Source of the DNA: Candidatus Multivorans sp. | GTDB taxonomy: Bacteria > Acidobacteriota > Thermoanaerobaculia > Multivoradales > Multivoraceae | Length of the DNA: 64,000 bases | Assembly (NCBI GenBank): GCA_965247095.1 | Contig: OZ251997.1 | Span: 576,001-640,000, forward strand | Reading direction: 5' to 3' | Shown: piece by piece, positions 38,643 to 48,827 of the stretch | Numbering within the stretch: position 1 is the stretch's first letter | Layout of the letters: each line of letters starts with the position of its first letter | Program-made: the position numbers and the translations under genes | Notes under the pieces: generated by a model | What the model saw: only the letters and a program-made list of their open reading frames with translations | Database searches by the model: none | What the model was told of the DNA's origin: nothing

Positions 38643-40463
38643 TCACACCGTGAGTCCTCGGAAGAAGGTGACCGCCTCGATGGAGGCGAGGAGGAGGCCG
38701 GCCAGAGCGAGGGTGCGCCAGGACCAGGGCCGGTGGGTGTCTTCGGTGAGTTCGACAAGACGATCGGGGGCGACGGGGTCGAGGTCGGAGTCGTTGATCC
38801 GGGTAGCCCATTCTTCCTGGAGATTGATGGCGTCCTGGAGGCCGGTGGTGGACGGTTCGTCGGCGCTGATGTCGCCGAGGGCGAGCCACTCGGTGGTGTT
38901 CTGGAGCAGTGCGGCGAGGTCGGGGCGTTGCGACAGGGGGGAGAGGTCGAGATCGAAGGCGATGACGACGGAGCGGGCGGTGAGGTCCGGCAGCGCGGGA
39001 TCGGATACGGAGGAGATGGGCAACGCGGCAGGGTCGGCCGGATCGCAGACGGCGATTGCGGTCAGGTTGCCGGCCGCGGCGAGGAGTATGCAGCGGGGGT
39101 CGAGTTCGCGCGCCGGGATCATGGCCGGCAGGCCGAGCAGCGAGACGCCGGCCAGGATCGGGTGGTCGACTGCGACGCGGTCGATCAGGCGCAGGGCTCG
39201 GGGTAGGGCCTCGGCGGGCGAGAGTCCGCCGGCCGCCGAGGCTTCCGGTGGGTCGAGGAACAGAAGGGGCAGGGCCGGGAGGCTCGCCGGCGCGGTGCGG
39301 TGGAAGACGGCGATGTCGGCGGCAACCGGTGTGCTCGCGGCGTCCTCCTCGACGGATGTGGCTGCAGGTGACTGCGCGTCGGCTTCGCCGGCCGTCTCGT
39401 CGGTTTCTGCCTGTACGGCGACCACCTCGACCGAAGGGTCCGCCTCGAAAGCTCGTGCCGCGGCCGAATCGCCGAAGGAGGCTCGACTGCGGGTGTGAAC
39501 GAACAGGCGCCGTTCGCTGTCGAGCCGCCTATGGCGTTGCTCGGCAGTCCGCACCGCCTCGGCGGCCGCGGTGCTGCGTGCGTCGATCAGGGTCGCCCGG
39601 TCGTCCAGCGGGAAGACGTCGCCGGGGGTCTGGAGGCGCGCCGTCACCGGGCCGGGGGCGAAGCCGCTGATGTCGATCAGGGCGGTGAAGCGGTTGCCGG
39701 GAGGCAGTTCGAGTTGCCGCCGGATGCGAATCGTCTGGGCATCGGCGATCGTCAGTTCGACCGGCACGGGACCTATGGCGTCGGCGGAGTCCGTCGCCAG
39801 CACTTCGAGCAGTGCCTCCGGCTTCGCTTCGTGGCTGGGCGCCGGGCGGGTCACGAAGAGGACGATGCCGGCGTTCCTTGCCGGGGCGAGGACGGACACT
39901 GTGTGGATCGCGGTGGCGGGGTCCGTGATCGGCCTCCAGTCAGAGACACCGTCGGTGAAGAGGTAGACCATGTCCGCGGCGGGGATCGCCGGTTCGGGGT
40001 CGCCTTCCTCGCCCTCGGGCTCGAAGGACCCGGACAGGGCGAGCAGGGCCTCCGCGGGCGTGAGCGGAGTCGGGTCGGCGCCCAGCGTGAAGCGGCTGCC
40101 GGTGTCGGCTTCGGCTATGACCCGGCGCGCTTCGGCCACGGCCAGTTCCATCCGGGTCCCCGTCCCGCCCGGCAGGGCGGCGCGCATGGTGGGCGAGGAG
40201 TCGAAGGCGAGGGCAATCAGATCGCCGCCGCCGGGTTGCAGCCAGGGGGTCTGGCCCGCGGCCAGCGCCAGGCAGCCGGCCACGGTCATCGCCAGAAGCA
40301 GCGAGATCAGCCAGCGCAGGCGGTCGCGCCGTCGCCGCCGGGCCGCCAGCAGCCGCCGCCAAAGCAACGTGGAGGCGACCGAGAGGCTCTGTGCCGTGGG
40401 CCGGATCAGGTAGATCGCGAGCACCGCCAGAGCGGCGAGCAGAAGTGGAAGCCAGACAGGCAT
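38643..40463 (-). CDS. BatA-domain/VWA membrane protein
   Basis: IYLIRP..VASTLLWRR, DSSPTM, FTDG, C-terminal TM. Confidence 0.75.
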   Translation of the reverse strand: MPVWLPLLLAALAVLAIYLIRPTAQSLSVASTLLWRRLLAARRRRRDRLRWLISLLLAMTVAGCLALAAGQTPWLQPGGGDLIALAFDSSPTMRAALPGGTGTRMELAVAEARRVIAEADTGSRFTLGADPTPLTPAEALLALSGSFEPEGEEGDPEPAIPAADMVYLFTDGVSDWRPITDPATAIHTVSVLAPARNAGIVLFVTRPAPSHEAKPEALLEVLATDSADAIGPVPVELTIADAQTIRIRRQLELPPGNRFTALIDISGFAPGPVTARLQTPGDVFPLDDRATLIDARSTAAAEAVRTAEQRHRRLDSERRLFVHTRSRASFGDSAAARAFEADPSVEVVAVQAETDETAGEADAQSPAATSVEEDAASTPVAADIAVFHRTAPASLPALPLLFLDPPEASAAGGLSPAEALPRALRLIDRVAVDHPILAGVSLLGLPAMIPARELDPRCILLAAAGNLTAIAVCDPADPAALPISSVSDPALPDLTARSVVIAFDLDLSPLSQRPDLAALLQNTTEWLALGDISADEPSTTGLQDAINLQEEWATRINDSDLDPVAPDRLVELTEDTHRPWSWRTLALAGLLLASIEAVTFFRGLTV

Positions 40464-40479
40464 GGCTAGGGCCCACCGA

Positions 40480-40525
40480 GCCGGCGCTGCGCGCCGGATG
40501 CGGGCAGGATGCCCGCGTTCCCAGG
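40480..40525 (-). repeat. Short REP-like element (46 bp)
   Basis: Reverse complement of 32727-32772 with one loop mismatch; intergenic within the operon. Confidence 0.9.
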
Positions 40526-40559
40526 TTCGGAGTTGTGAGTCGTTGGGCCGAGCAAGACT

Positions 40560-41465
40560 CTAGCGGCCCCGGCTGAGCAGACCCTGGCGTAGGGCGCCGA
40601 GGGCCAGCTCCTCGAAGCGCATCTCGACCGGCGCCTGGATGAAGGACCAGCCACGGGCAGTGCAGCGGGCGCGGATCTCCTCCCGGTGGGCGTCGGCCTC
40701 GTTCTCCAGCCGGCGGAGGAGGGTGGGGGCGCCATGGACGCGGATGGTGTCGCCGGTCTCGCTGTCGACCAGCGTCGTGTCGCGGTCGAGCGGCGCTTCC
40801 AGGTCCTGGTGATCGGTGATCTGGAGGACCGCGACATCGTGGCGCAGCGGCAGCAGCAGGTCGAGACCGCCCTCGGTCGTGTCCGAGAGCAGGTCCGAGA
40901 TCAGGATCACCAGGCCGCGCCGGCGGCCGGCGCCGAACACCTGTCGCACGGCGTGGTCGAGCCGGGTGTCGCCGCCGGTGTCGAGATTGGCGAGGAAGTC
41001 GAGCGCGCGCCATACCTGTCGCGAGCCGTGCAGCGGCCCGAGAACCTGGTGTGCGTGGCTCGAGTAGGGCGCCAGCGTGACCCGATCGAGGGTGGCGAGG
41101 GCGATGTAGGTCAGGGCGGCGGCGATTCGGCGCGCGGCATCGAACTTGCGGCGGCCGGCGGCGCCCGGCGTCGGCGCCATGGAGCGGCTGCAGTCGAGCA
41201 GGATGTAGACCGCGAGATCGCCGTGCTCCTCGAACATCCGCAGCAGCAGGCGATCGAACCGGAGGTACGCGCGCCAGTCGAGGTGGCGCACGTCGTCGCC
41301 CTCGACGTAGGGGCGGTAGTCCGCGAACTCGATTCCGGCGCCGAGGTGGGTGGCGCGGTGCTCTCCCTTGAAGCCGCCGGCGGGTACGCGGCGCGTCAGC
41401 AGCCGCAGGCGCTCCAGCCGGGCGAGGAAGGCCGGCTCGAAGGCGAAGGCGGAATGGTCGGCCAC
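40560..41465 (-). CDS. DUF58 domain protein
   Basis: GAGIEFADYRPYVEGDDVRHLDW, LDCSRSM, LISDL. Confidence 0.9.
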   Translation of the reverse strand: MADHSAFAFEPAFLARLERLRLLTRRVPAGGFKGEHRATHLGAGIEFADYRPYVEGDDVRHLDWRAYLRFDRLLLRMFEEHGDLAVYILLDCSRSMAPTPGAAGRRKFDAARRIAAALTYIALATLDRVTLAPYSSHAHQVLGPLHGSRQVWRALDFLANLDTGGDTRLDHAVRQVFGAGRRRGLVILISDLLSDTTEGGLDLLLPLRHDVAVLQITDHQDLEAPLDRDTTLVDSETGDTIRVHGAPTLLRRLENEADAHREEIRARCTARGWSFIQAPVEMRFEELALGALRQGLLSRGR

Positions 41466-41485
41466 GGCGGGCGGGTAGAGCCTTC

Positions 41486-42499
41486 TCAGCCCTCGGGCAC
41501 GTTGTCGACCAGATCCTGGAGCAGATCGTCCAGGTCGATGCGCTCCGCCTCGCCCTCGAAGTTCAGCAGGACCCGGTGGCGCAGAGCGGACAGGGCAACG
41601 GCGCGGATGTCCTCCCGGGCGACGTGGGCGCGGCCGCGGATCAGGGCGTGGACCTTGGCGCCGAGGACCATCGCCTGGACGCCGCGCGGGCTGGCGCCGA
41701 TCCGCACGTAGCGGCGAACCGCCTCCGCGGGACGGTCCCCTTCGGGCCGGGTCGCCATGCCGAGCCGGATCGCGTATTCCTGGACCGGACGCGCGATCGG
41801 GGCGAGGCGGACGACACGCCGCATCGCCATCACCTGTTCGGCCGTCCACAGCGCTGCCGCGGTCGGCGTGTGCCCTGATGTCGTGCGGTCGAGAATCGTG
41901 TGCAGTTCCTCGATCCCCGGATACGTCATCCGCAGCTTGAACAGGAAGCGGTCGAGCTGCGCCTCGGGCAGCGGGTACGTCCCCTCCATTTCCAGCGGGT
42001 TCTGGGTGGCGAGGACGAAGAAGGGCGGCCCCAGGAGGTTCGTTACGCCGCCGACGGTGACCGTCGTCTCCTGCATCGCCTCAAGCAGGGCCGACTGGGT
42101 CTTCGGCGTGGCGCGGTTGATCTCGTCCGCGAGCAAGAGATTCGCGAAGATCGGTCCGGGCTCGAAAACGAGCCGCCGGCCTCCCGTCTCGTCTTCGCGC
42201 AGGACGTGGGTGCCGACGATGTCGGCGGGCATCAGGTCCGGTGTGAACTGGATGCGGGAGAACTCGACATGAAGAGCGTCGGCCAGGGTGCGCACCAGCA
42301 GCGTCTTGCCGAGGCCGGGAATGCCCTCGAGCAGGACGTGGCCGTCGGCGAGCAGACCGATGATCACGCCGTCGACCACCTCCTCCTGGCCGACGATCAC
42401 ATTGCCGATCTCGCGGCGCAGTTGGCTGCATTGTTCGGCGAACTCGGTCAACTGCAGCGCCAGGTCGGCCGCGGTCCGGGATTCGGCGGTGTCGTTCAC
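41486..42499 (-). CDS. MoxR AAA+ ATPase (MoxR proper)
   Basis: GIPGLGKT, RIQFTPDLMPAD, DEINRATPKTQSALLEAM, ATQNPLEMEGTYPLPEAQLDRF. Confidence 0.95.
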   Translation of the reverse strand: MNDTAESRTAADLALQLTEFAEQCSQLRREIGNVIVGQEEVVDGVIIGLLADGHVLLEGIPGLGKTLLVRTLADALHVEFSRIQFTPDLMPADIVGTHVLREDETGGRRLVFEPGPIFANLLLADEINRATPKTQSALLEAMQETTVTVGGVTNLLGPPFFVLATQNPLEMEGTYPLPEAQLDRFLFKLRMTYPGIEELHTILDRTTSGHTPTAAALWTAEQVMAMRRVVRLAPIARPVQEYAIRLGMATRPEGDRPAEAVRRYVRIGASPRGVQAMVLGAKVHALIRGRAHVAREDIRAVALSALRHRVLLNFEGEAERIDLDDLLQDLVDNVPEG

Positions 42500-43974
42500 T
42501 CCGGGTCCTCCCTGGAATCGTCGTCTAGCGATTCGAGGTAGCGCCGCACGGAAACGCGGTGGCGCCAGGCGATCGGATGCCGAGGCGGCGGCAGATCGCC
42601 GCTTGCGGCGGTGGGGCTGGCGCCGTTGCCGGCGTTGGAGCCGCGCATTGCCACCTCCGCGGCCCGGAACTGGGTTGCGCTGGTTGTGGTCAGGGGCCGG
42701 CGGAAGGCCTCCTCGGGCGACTCGAGCAGGGCGGTCTCCAGCGCCTGTTCGAGGCTGAGGGCAGGGGCCAGGAGGTCGCCGAAGGGATCGACCATCTCGT
42801 CCTGCGGTCCGGTACCGACACCGGCCGTACCGCCGTCGGCCTCGGCGCTGCTGGCGCCGGGTTCTTCGCTGACCGCCGCCGCCGTGCCGCTCTCGTTTCC
42901 GGCGCCTTCGCCGTCTTCCGTGGGCTGGCCGCCGGCGCCCTCGCCGGCTGCCGTTTCGGCGCCGGCCTCGGCGCCTTCACCTTCGCCCGGCGTGCTGGGC
43001 GCGCTCAGCTCGTCCTCTCCGGCGCCCTCGCCGGTGTCCAGTTCGCGCATGAGATCGGCGCCGGTCTCGGAGTTCAGTTCGCCGGCGAGGTCGCCTGACG
43101 CGGCCTCGCCGCCCTCGGCGTTGCCGTCGGCGGCCTCGGCCTCCGCGTCGTCGCCGAGACTTCCCTCGGCGCCGTCGGAGGCGTCTCCAGCGGCGCCGCG
43201 CGCATCGTCAGACGAATCCGGCTCGCGGACCCGGAGGGTCAGGAAGGGCAGGTCGCTGAGTCGCACATCGAATTCCGGGACGCCGGGCCGGCGACCGGGT
43301 TCCTCCTCCAGCAACGCTGCAGCTTCGAGGCCTCGAAGGGCTGATTCCGCGCGGTCGCCGCTCATCGCGGCGGCCAGGGCCTCGCCGACGAAGGAAGTCG
43401 GCAGGGCGATCGGCGCCAGCAGGACCGCGCTCAGGATGGCCGAGGCCGCGGCGCCCCGGGGGACGAGGCGGGGCGCCGCCTGCGGCGCGCCGGTACGGTC
43501 CAGGCCCGCGACTCCGCGTTCCAAGACGAGCGCGATCCACGGTAGCGGCCAGACGGCCTCGGCGTCGTTCTTCGCGCGGCGCGGGTCGACGGCGCCGGCA
43601 TCGAGCCGCTTCTGCATCTCCAGGGCGGTGGCGACCGTGTCGTGCAGATCGCCCGCCTGGTCCACGGCGCGGGCCGCGGCGGGAAGATTTCGGCCGAGCG
43701 AGGCGGCCTCGCGGACCAGCAGTGCGAGGAGGACGATGCCGCCCGCCCACGACGGCCACAGCGCCGCGACGTTGCCGTCGCCGCCGGCTGCCAGGCGCAG
43801 CAGCCAGGTCGAGAGCAGCCAGAGGCAGGACGCGGGCGCCAACCAAACCAGCGCCGCGAGGGCCCGCCGCAAACGGAGCCGCCGGTCGACGGCGGCGAGG
43901 CGACGCAGGAAGTCGCGGCGCAGGCCGGCCGCGGCTTGACCGGCGACCGGGAAATCGGCTTCAGGCGGGGTCAA
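42496..43974 (-). CDS. Membrane protein with acidic Gly/Ala-rich tail (MoxR operon component)
   Basis: 3 TM segments, low-complexity region, C-terminal VRRYLESL; TTG overlaps the upstream stop. Confidence 0.65.
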   Translation of the reverse strand: MTPPEADFPVAGQAAAGLRRDFLRRLAAVDRRLRLRRALAALVWLAPASCLWLLSTWLLRLAAGGDGNVAALWPSWAGGIVLLALLVREAASLGRNLPAAARAVDQAGDLHDTVATALEMQKRLDAGAVDPRRAKNDAEAVWPLPWIALVLERGVAGLDRTGAPQAAPRLVPRGAAASAILSAVLLAPIALPTSFVGEALAAAMSGDRAESALRGLEAAALLEEEPGRRPGVPEFDVRLSDLPFLTLRVREPDSSDDARGAAGDASDGAEGSLGDDAEAEAADGNAEGGEAASGDLAGELNSETGADLMRELDTGEGAGEDELSAPSTPGEGEGAEAGAETAAGEGAGGQPTEDGEGAGNESGTAAAVSEEPGASSAEADGGTAGVGTGPQDEMVDPFGDLLAPALSLEQALETALLESPEEAFRRPLTTTSATQFRAAEVAMRGSNAGNGASPTAASGDLPPPRHPIAWRHRVSVRRYLESLDDDSREDPE

Positions 43975-45098
43975 TTCGATTCCCAGAGGGCGATGCCGGC
44001 GGCCTGCTTGCCGATGTCGATCTGGGCGACGCGCCGGAACGCGCCGTTGTCGTAGACCTCGACGACTCCCGGTTCGCCGCCGATGCCCTCGACCGTGACC
44101 AGGCTGAAGCGGCCGTCCGAGGTGATGGCCACGCCGTGCGGGATGCGTCGGGTGGTGTCGAGGCGAGCCACTTCGCTGCCCGTTTCCAGATCCCAGAAGC
44201 CGATCGAATCGCTCTTCTTGTAGGTCACGACCAGCAGGCGTTCGTCGGGTGTGACGGCCGCGTTGTACGGGCCGGCCACCGGAGTGTCCAGGCGTCGCGA
44301 GACACTCCACTTGGCGGTGTCGACCTCGTAGATCGCGTTGCCCGAAAGAGCGGTGATGTAGACGAGGCCGCCGGCCGTCGGCGGCGTGACCCAGGAAGGC
44401 TCGATCTTTGCGCCGGCGTGCGCGTCGTGGTCTCCGTGGGCGGCGCTCATGTCGGCCGAAGTACCCAGCTTCAGGCGCCGGCCGACCTCGAAGCGGAGCG
44501 CGTCGACCTCGACGAGCTCGTCGTCCATCATGTTCACGCTGTAGAGCTTCCGGCCGTCGCGGCTGAGCCGGGCCCCGTGCGGCATGGTGCCGCTCTCAAA
44601 CTGCGCGATCTCGGTCATGGTCGACGTCTCGACGACGGAGATCGTGCTCGGTACGTGGTCGCCGTAGAAGTCCGAGTTGACGACGAACAGCAGCCCCGTC
44701 GTCGCGGCGATGTCGAGGGTGGCGGGGAACATGCCGACTTTCGTGTCGCTCAGCCACTCGTCGGTACCGGTGGCGTACTTGTGGATGGAACCGAACGGGT
44801 TGCCGTGGGCGATCGAGACGTACCAGTAGCGGCCGCCGGCCGAGATGTTGATGCCGTGGGGACCTTCGATTTCAGCCGGGAAGCTGCCGACGGCGATCGT
44901 CTTGACGATCCCGATTCCGGAGGGTCCGAACCGGATCAGGGCCACTTCGTCCTCGGATTCGGCGCAGACGTAGGCGTAGTAGTTGCGGGACGGCGGGACC
45001 GGATCGGACTCGGCGCGGACCGGGTCCGGGGTCACCGTGGCGGCGGCCAGGACAAGGGCCGCCGGCGCTGCCCAACGAATCGGCAAGGAAGTCAACAC
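43971..45098 (-). CDS. Secreted YncE/YVTN-type beta-propeller
   Basis: Signal peptide, repeated PHG blades, His-rich loop HGDHDAH; start approximate. Confidence 0.75.
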   Translation of the reverse strand: MLTSLPIRWAAPAALVLAAATVTPDPVRAESDPVPPSRNYYAYVCAESEDEVALIRFGPSGIGIVKTIAVGSFPAEIEGPHGINISAGGRYWYVSIAHGNPFGSIHKYATGTDEWLSDTKVGMFPATLDIAATTGLLFVVNSDFYGDHVPSTISVVETSTMTEIAQFESGTMPHGARLSRDGRKLYSVNMMDDELVEVDALRFEVGRRLKLGTSADMSAAHGDHDAHAGAKIEPSWVTPPTAGGLVYITALSGNAIYEVDTAKWSVSRRLDTPVAGPYNAAVTPDERLLVVTYKKSDSIGFWDLETGSEVARLDTTRRIPHGVAITSDGRFSLVTVEGIGGEPGVVEVYDNGAFRRVAQIDIGKQAAGIALWESN

Positions 45099-45121
45099 GC
45101 GGTGGAGGGCCGCCAGTGCCG

Positions 45122-47266
45122 CTAACGCGGCTCCCCGATGATGCGGTTCGGATCTTCGGGATCCTTCAGCTTGACCGCCCACAACCCGGAATGCCAGTCC
45201 GAGAAGAAGATGTGGTCCTTGTAGGGCTGCGGGCCCCAGACGAAGGGCGCGTTGGGCACGACTGCGTCGGGATCGAAGGGCATGAACATGCCGATCTCGC
45301 GGCCCTGCTGGTAGAGATCGCCGCGCAACTCGCCCGAGACGTCGACGACCCGGAGGCCGCCGTTGTAGTAGGCGACGTAGAGGACGTCGTCCTCGATCCA
45401 GAGGTTGTGGGTCCCGGCCTCGGGCACCTGGTAGCGGGCGACCTCGCGGGGGTTCTCCCAGTCGTCCCACGAGATGACGTGGATCCAGCCGGCCGCGCGG
45501 GGCGGCGCGGCGCGCGGGTCGCGTCCGAGCTCGCCGTAGGGGAAGGCCTCGTCGCCGGCGAAGACGTAGAACTTGCCCGTCGATTCGCTGCGGTAGGGGT
45601 AGGCGGCATGGTTCCAGCCGCTGGGATAGGCGTAGCTGCCGAGCTGTACGGGATTGTTCGGGGCGCCGCCCATGCCGGCGCCGCCGACATCGATCGCGAC
45701 CACGCCGTCGTCCCAGTTCGAAGTGAATGCGACGCCAGAGGCGACCCAGACGTCGTGGATCGAGTGGCCCGGCGTGTCGAGCTCGAAGCGGCCGACGCGG
45801 TACGGCTGGGACGGATCCTCGATGCTGATCACGTCGAAACGCCGGCCGTTCGAGAGGGCGTAGACGTGCTCGTCGTGGATGTACACGTTGTGGACGCCGC
45901 CGCGCAACTGATCGTCGAACCGGGACAGGATGCGCACCCCGACCTGGGGCTCCGAAACGTCGAGGACGACGAAGCCGTTCTTGCGGTTCGAGGCGCCCTC
46001 GCGGCTGATCACCGCGACCCGGCCGTCCTCGGAGACCTTGACGTCGTTCACGGTACGGGCGTCCACGCGGACCGCGTCGATGAGCACGATGCTCTCCGGG
46101 TTCGTCACGTCCCAGACGTAGGCGTGGCCTTCGGCGCCCCAGGTGCCGGTGATCGCGTAGTCCCGGCCGTCGGCGCCCTCCCAAACCCAGAGGTCCGATG
46201 TGCGGCGGTCGCTGACCTTGCCCTGGCCGATGAACTCGATGTCCTTGTTCACGCGCCGCGGCGTGACGCGAACCGGCAGGCTCGCGGAGTGATTGCCCGC
46301 GAGAGCTGTCACCGTGTAGATGCCCGACCGTTCGGCCACGAAGGCGCCGTCCTGCTCGATCTGCGCCGCCGCGCCGGGCGCCAGAATCTGCGCCGACGGT
46401 GTGCCCGAGACCAGGAAGCGAACGGGCAGGTCCTCGACCGCGTCGCCGTCCCCGTCGAGGCCGACCGCCTCGAACCAGACCACATCGCCGGTGCGGGCGT
46501 CGTCGGCGGAGGCGGTCAGTTCGAGCCGCTCGGTGGGGTTCCGGACGACGGTGATCTCGACTTCGTGGGAAGCGTCCTCGGCGGTTGCCACGAGAGTCGC
46601 CCTCCCGGGCGCCACCAGACGCAGGCCTCCGAAACCGTCGGGCGCCGCGACACCGGTGTCGGAACTCGAGTAGCTGACCTCGACGTCATCGCGTTCGACC
46701 GCGGTGATGTCGACGACGCGGGCCCGAAGGGCCAAGTCGGTACCGGCGTAGAAGGCGCCGGGCAGGCCCACGATCTCGACGCTCTCCACCGGCGGGTTCG
46801 GGATCGTCACTTCGACTTCAACCTGGAGCACCGCTTCTGCCCGCCTCGGTTCGTCCTCGGCCTGCTTCGGCACCAGGGCGATGACGGTGACCTTGCCGGG
46901 ACCGTGCGCTTCGACCTCGCCGGCCGGGTTGACCCCGAGCCGCCGGCGGTTGCGGGAGAAGAAGACCACATCGACGCCTTCGATCGGCTCGCCGTCCTCG
47001 TCCACGACGGTCGCGGTCAAGGAGGCCTTGTCGCCGACTTCGAGGGTCAGTTCGGTCGGCGACACCTGGAGTTCGGCGCCGGGCGGGACCGGCGGCTTTT
47101 CCTCGTCCTCGGCGCTGCCCTCCTCGGTGCCCTCGGCCTGGTCGGCGGCTTCCGCATCCGCCTCCTGATCGGCGGGTTCCTGGGCGGTCGCCGGTAGCGC
47201 GGCGAGCAGGATCATGGCGGCGAACGTCCCCAGCCAGATCGGCGGACTGGTGCGAAAAAGGGTCAC
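45122..47266 (-). CDS. Secreted Ig-like + LVIVD-repeat protein
   Basis: Signal peptide, Ig-like repeats, WDVTNP, LDVSEP, HDVWV, YYNGGLRVVDVS; start approximate. Confidence 0.78.
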   Translation of the reverse strand: MTLFRTSPPIWLGTFAAMILLAALPATAQEPADQEADAEAADQAEGTEEGSAEDEEKPPVPPGAELQVSPTELTLEVGDKASLTATVVDEDGEPIEGVDVVFFSRNRRRLGVNPAGEVEAHGPGKVTVIALVPKQAEDEPRRAEAVLQVEVEVTIPNPPVESVEIVGLPGAFYAGTDLALRARVVDITAVERDDVEVSYSSSDTGVAAPDGFGGLRLVAPGRATLVATAEDASHEVEITVVRNPTERLELTASADDARTGDVVWFEAVGLDGDGDAVEDLPVRFLVSGTPSAQILAPGAAAQIEQDGAFVAERSGIYTVTALAGNHSASLPVRVTPRRVNKDIEFIGQGKVSDRRTSDLWVWEGADGRDYAITGTWGAEGHAYVWDVTNPESIVLIDAVRVDARTVNDVKVSEDGRVAVISREGASNRKNGFVVLDVSEPQVGVRILSRFDDQLRGGVHNVYIHDEHVYALSNGRRFDVISIEDPSQPYRVGRFELDTPGHSIHDVWVASGVAFTSNWDDGVVAIDVGGAGMGGAPNNPVQLGSYAYPSGWNHAAYPYRSESTGKFYVFAGDEAFPYGELGRDPRAAPPRAAGWIHVISWDDWENPREVARYQVPEAGTHNLWIEDDVLYVAYYNGGLRVVDVSGELRGDLYQQGREIGMFMPFDPDAVVPNAPFVWGPQPYKDHIFFSDWHSGLWAVKLKDPEDPNRIIGEPR

Positions 47267-47407
47267 GGCGCTCGGCCTCCAGGAAGTGCGGGTAGGTGGC
47301 GAATGCGGGGTGGATTGCGAAGAATCGGCGCAGTCTATCAGCGCCGCATGAAGCCGCATCGTTGCCGCACGTTGCGAATCGTGGGCCCTGAAGGCGGGCC
47401 CCGCCGG

Positions 47408-48823
47408 CTACATGTGGATGGGCCGGCCGTGCACCGCCAGGGCGGCTTCCTTCACCGCTTCGGCGAGCGTCGGGTGGGCGTGGCTGGTGCGGAAGAGGTC
47501 CTCGGCGGAGGCGCCGAAGGTGATCGCCGCCACCGCCTCGGCGATGAGATCGCCGGCGTGGCTGCCCAGGATGTGGACGCCCAAGACCTCGTCCGTCTCG
47601 GCGCCGGCCAGGATCTTGACGAACCCCTCCAGGCTGCCGGTGGCGCGCGCGCGTCCGATGGCGCGGAAGGGGAACGTGCCCTTCCGGTAGGCGATGCCGG
47701 TCGCTTGGAGCTGCTCCTCCGTCTTGCCCACGGACGCGACCTCGGGTTCGGTGTAGACGATCCCGGGGATCGCGCCGTAGTCGATGTGGACGTAGCCGCC
47801 GGCGATGCCCTCGACGCAGGCCATCCCCTCCTCCTCGGCCTTGTGGGCCAGTTGGGGTGCGCCGATCACGTCGCCGATCGCGAAGACGCCGGGCGTGGAA
47901 GTGGCGAAGCGCTCGTTCACCTGGATGAAGCCGAGGTCGTCAACCGACACGCCGGCCTCCTCGAGGCCCAGGCCGTCGCTGATCGGTTCGCGGCCGACCG
48001 CGACCAGGACGCGCTCGCACTCGATGGGGCCTTTGCCGTCGACGTCGACGACGCAGTGATCGCCGTCCTTGCCGGTCTGGACCGAGGCGCCCAGGACCCG
48101 GCTGCCGAGCCGGATGTCGAGACCCTGGCGGCGGGAGATCTTCTCGGCCGCGGAGGCGACCTCCGCGTCGGCCCCGGGCAGGATGCGGTCGAGGTACTCG
48201 AGCACGATGACCTGCGAGCCGAGCCGGTTCCACACCGCGCCGAGTTCCAGCCCGATGTACCCGGCGCCGATCACGACCAGGCGCTCGGGCACGTGGTCGT
48301 ACGCCAGCGCCTCCGTGCTGGTTCCGATCCGGTCGCCGTCGAGTTCGATCCCGGGCAGGCTGGCGGGGCGGGAACCCGTGGCGACGATCACGTTCTTGGC
48401 CTGGATCGTCCGTTCGCCGTCCGCGGTCGCCACCTCGACGCTCCGCATCTCGCCGTCCGGGACGCCGAGTTTCGCCCGACCCTGGATGTGCTCGATCTTG
48501 TTCTTCTTGAGCAGCGAGGAGACGCCGCGGGTCAGGGTGGTGACGACGCGGTCCTTGCGCTTCATCATCGTCGCAAGGTCGAGCCCGATTTCGCCCGCCA
48601 CGCCGCCGTGCACCGCGAGTTCGCTGCGCGCCGCAAGCAGCCGCTGGCTCGACTCGAGCAGCGCCTTGCTCGGAATGCAACCCACCCGCAGGCAGACGCC
48701 CCCGGCCGCCGGGTGCTCGTCGACCACGGCGGTGCTGAAGCCGAGCTGCGCCGCGCGGATCGCGGCCACGTAGCCGCCCGGTCCGGCGCCGATGACGGCT
48801 ATATCGAAGACGTTCGGGGTCAT
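47408..48823 (-). CDS. lpdA: Dihydrolipoamide dehydrogenase (E3)
   Basis: GAGPGGY, GGVCLRVGCIPSK, GAGYIGLE, HAHPTLAE. Confidence 0.96.
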   Translation of the reverse strand: MTPNVFDIAVIGAGPGGYVAAIRAAQLGFSTAVVDEHPAAGGVCLRVGCIPSKALLESSQRLLAARSELAVHGGVAGEIGLDLATMMKRKDRVVTTLTRGVSSLLKKNKIEHIQGRAKLGVPDGEMRSVEVATADGERTIQAKNVIVATGSRPASLPGIELDGDRIGTSTEALAYDHVPERLVVIGAGYIGLELGAVWNRLGSQVIVLEYLDRILPGADAEVASAAEKISRRQGLDIRLGSRVLGASVQTGKDGDHCVVDVDGKGPIECERVLVAVGREPISDGLGLEEAGVSVDDLGFIQVNERFATSTPGVFAIGDVIGAPQLAHKAEEEGMACVEGIAGGYVHIDYGAIPGIVYTEPEVASVGKTEEQLQATGIAYRKGTFPFRAIGRARATGSLEGFVKILAGAETDEVLGVHILGSHAGDLIAEAVAAITFGASAEDLFRTSHAHPTLAEAVKEAALAVHGRPIHM

Positions 48824-48827
48824 CCCG

